Shown piece by piece: positions 62,266 to 63,154 of a stretch of DNA of 63,154 nucleotides. The DNA is from Candidatus Nomurabacteria bacterium (GTDB lineage Bacteria > Patescibacteriota > Minisyncoccia > Phycocordibacterales > UBA9973), in NCBI GenBank assembly GCA_943354905.1, contig CALRDL010000003.1, positions 1 through 63,154 of the forward strand, given 5' to 3'. Position 1 is the first letter of the stretch. Every line of letters starts with the position of its first letter. The position numbers and the translations under genes are program-made. The notes below the pieces were generated by a model. The model was not told where the DNA came from, did no database searches, and was given only the letters and a program-made list of their open reading frames with translations.

Positions 62266-62282
62266 TCAAGGTGAAACCTTGA
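62266..62282. repeat. Hairpin repeat tcaaggt-gaa-accttga (copy 2)
   Basis: Same arms as copies 1 and 3. Confidence 0.8.
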
Positions 62283-62297
62283 TCTTTTTTTCTTGTC

Positions 62298-62316
62298 ATC
62301 AAGGTGAAACCTTGAT
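62298..62316. repeat. Hairpin repeat atcaaggt-gaa-accttgat (copy 3), 6 nt upstream of the RAYT-like gene
   Basis: 8-bp arms. Confidence 0.8.
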
Positions 62317-62321
62317 ATGCT

Positions 62322-62993
62322 GTGGATATGCAAAGAAAAGTGAAATTTGAAACAGGAGAGATATATCACGTCTACAATCGTGGCGTTGAAAAAAGAATCC
62401 TCTTCCAAAACCATTATGAATACAGGAGATTTATGGCTTTGCTATATGTTTCGAACAGCACCAAGCAAATACATCTGAGTAACACAGCTCACAACGACAA
62501 CATCGAAAAAATATTTGAAAAAGAAAGAGGTGAGCCAATAGTCGCCATAGGAGCCTATTGCCTAATGCCAAACCATTTCCACCTTCTGCTCACTCCACTC
62601 GTCGAAGGCGGAATATCAAAGTTTATGCAAAAAGTCCAGACTGGGTATTCTATGTACTTCAATAAAAAACATTCTAGAGTTGGTTCTCTATTCCAAGGTA
62701 CATTCAAATCAAAACATATAAATAAAAATGAGTATTTGATGTATGTCTATTCCTATATTCACCTGAATCCTGCAAAATTAAAGAATAAAGAGTGGAAAAT
62801 ACAACCAAATTCTTTTATAAGTGATTTAAAAGATTTTATCAACGAATACCCCTACTCTAGTTTGCAAGAATATCTATTAAAAAAATATACACTCATTAAT
62901 TCAAAACCTTTTCCTATAACTCGAGATCAGATTTGTGACTATACTTCAATGCTAGATGACTATAATGAAGCTTTTTTACCTAAAAATAAATAA
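62322..62993 (+). mobile_element. REP-associated tyrosine transposase (RAYT)/IS200-like Y1 HUH transposase
   Basis: YHVYNRGVEKRILF, HUH motif CLMPNHFHLLL, and catalytic Tyr region YSYIHLNPAK. Confidence 0.8.
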
Positions 62994-63154
62994 CGAGGTG
63001 CGGGCCGTATGGCCTCATCTAATAATGTTACCAAGAATTAATCTGGGCGGATTAAGTTTTTAATACAAAAAGTATATCATAAATGCCATTTGGAAAGCTT
63101 TTGGATTTTGTGTACAAGCTCATCAATTTCTTTCCTGAGAGCAAATGGATCGAG

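Noticed and set aside
61744-62274. 176-aa plus-strand ORF (and 61874-62125) in the GC-rich islet
   Set aside because: They are open only because of the high local GC. They lack an SD and have an odd composition. The minus-strand ORF 61798-62181 has a strong AAAGGAGG-ATG and a signal peptide.

Overview
This is a 63-kb, AT-rich, very gene-dense window. Most genes are on the minus strand and intergenic gaps are short. ATGA start/stop overlaps at 19797-19800 and 40469-40472 show that TGA is a stop, so the standard code applies. From gene content I infer a reduced-genome, CPR/Patescibacteria-like bacterium. The housekeeping set includes metG, glyQS, ileS, argS, recO, recJ, rnhA, dut, tmk, glyA, pgk, tpiA, nusA, ppa, tig, clpP and rny. 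There is also a split comEC, pilB/pilC with three pseudopilins, and three NUDIX genes; no biosynthetic operons are present. Accessory or unusual content: (1) The left end (63-8702) holds a 1587-aa membrane-anchored RHS/YD-repeat polymorphic toxin. It has an atypically long post-core extension: helical region, Pro-rich linker, He_PIG-type Ig domain, TM hairpin and C-terminal tail. It is followed by an immunity-position ORF, an inserted AbiEi/AbiEii pair and two displaced C-terminal cassettes. One cassette is apparently free-standing, with its own SD/ATG and immunity-position ORF. The other has no start and is tied to the main gene by a 133-nt, 94%-identical recombination handle. (2) ileS carries an apparently intact histidine-phosphatase (PGAM-like) domain inserted in its body, a degenerate HIGH motif and a T-box leader. 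(3) Several families of short GC-rich palindromic elements lie in intergenic DNA and, in frame, inside housekeeping genes (tatD, ileS, argS, the comEC-MBL gene, sod, rnhA, recJ, tig). In tig they occupy the place of the missing PPIase domain. A RAYT-like (REP-associated tyrosine transposase) gene with its own flanking hairpins sits at the right end. (4) A TMEM43-family gene is bracketed by 94-nt direct repeats that duplicate the 3' end of pilC. (5) Other items are four type II TA pairs with candidate operators, a C12 homopolymer in a divergent promoter region, a GNAT/PcfJ-like multidomain protein and a membrane-anchored double-AAA+ Clp-like ATPase. I recognised no rRNA, tRNA or CRISPR array by eye.
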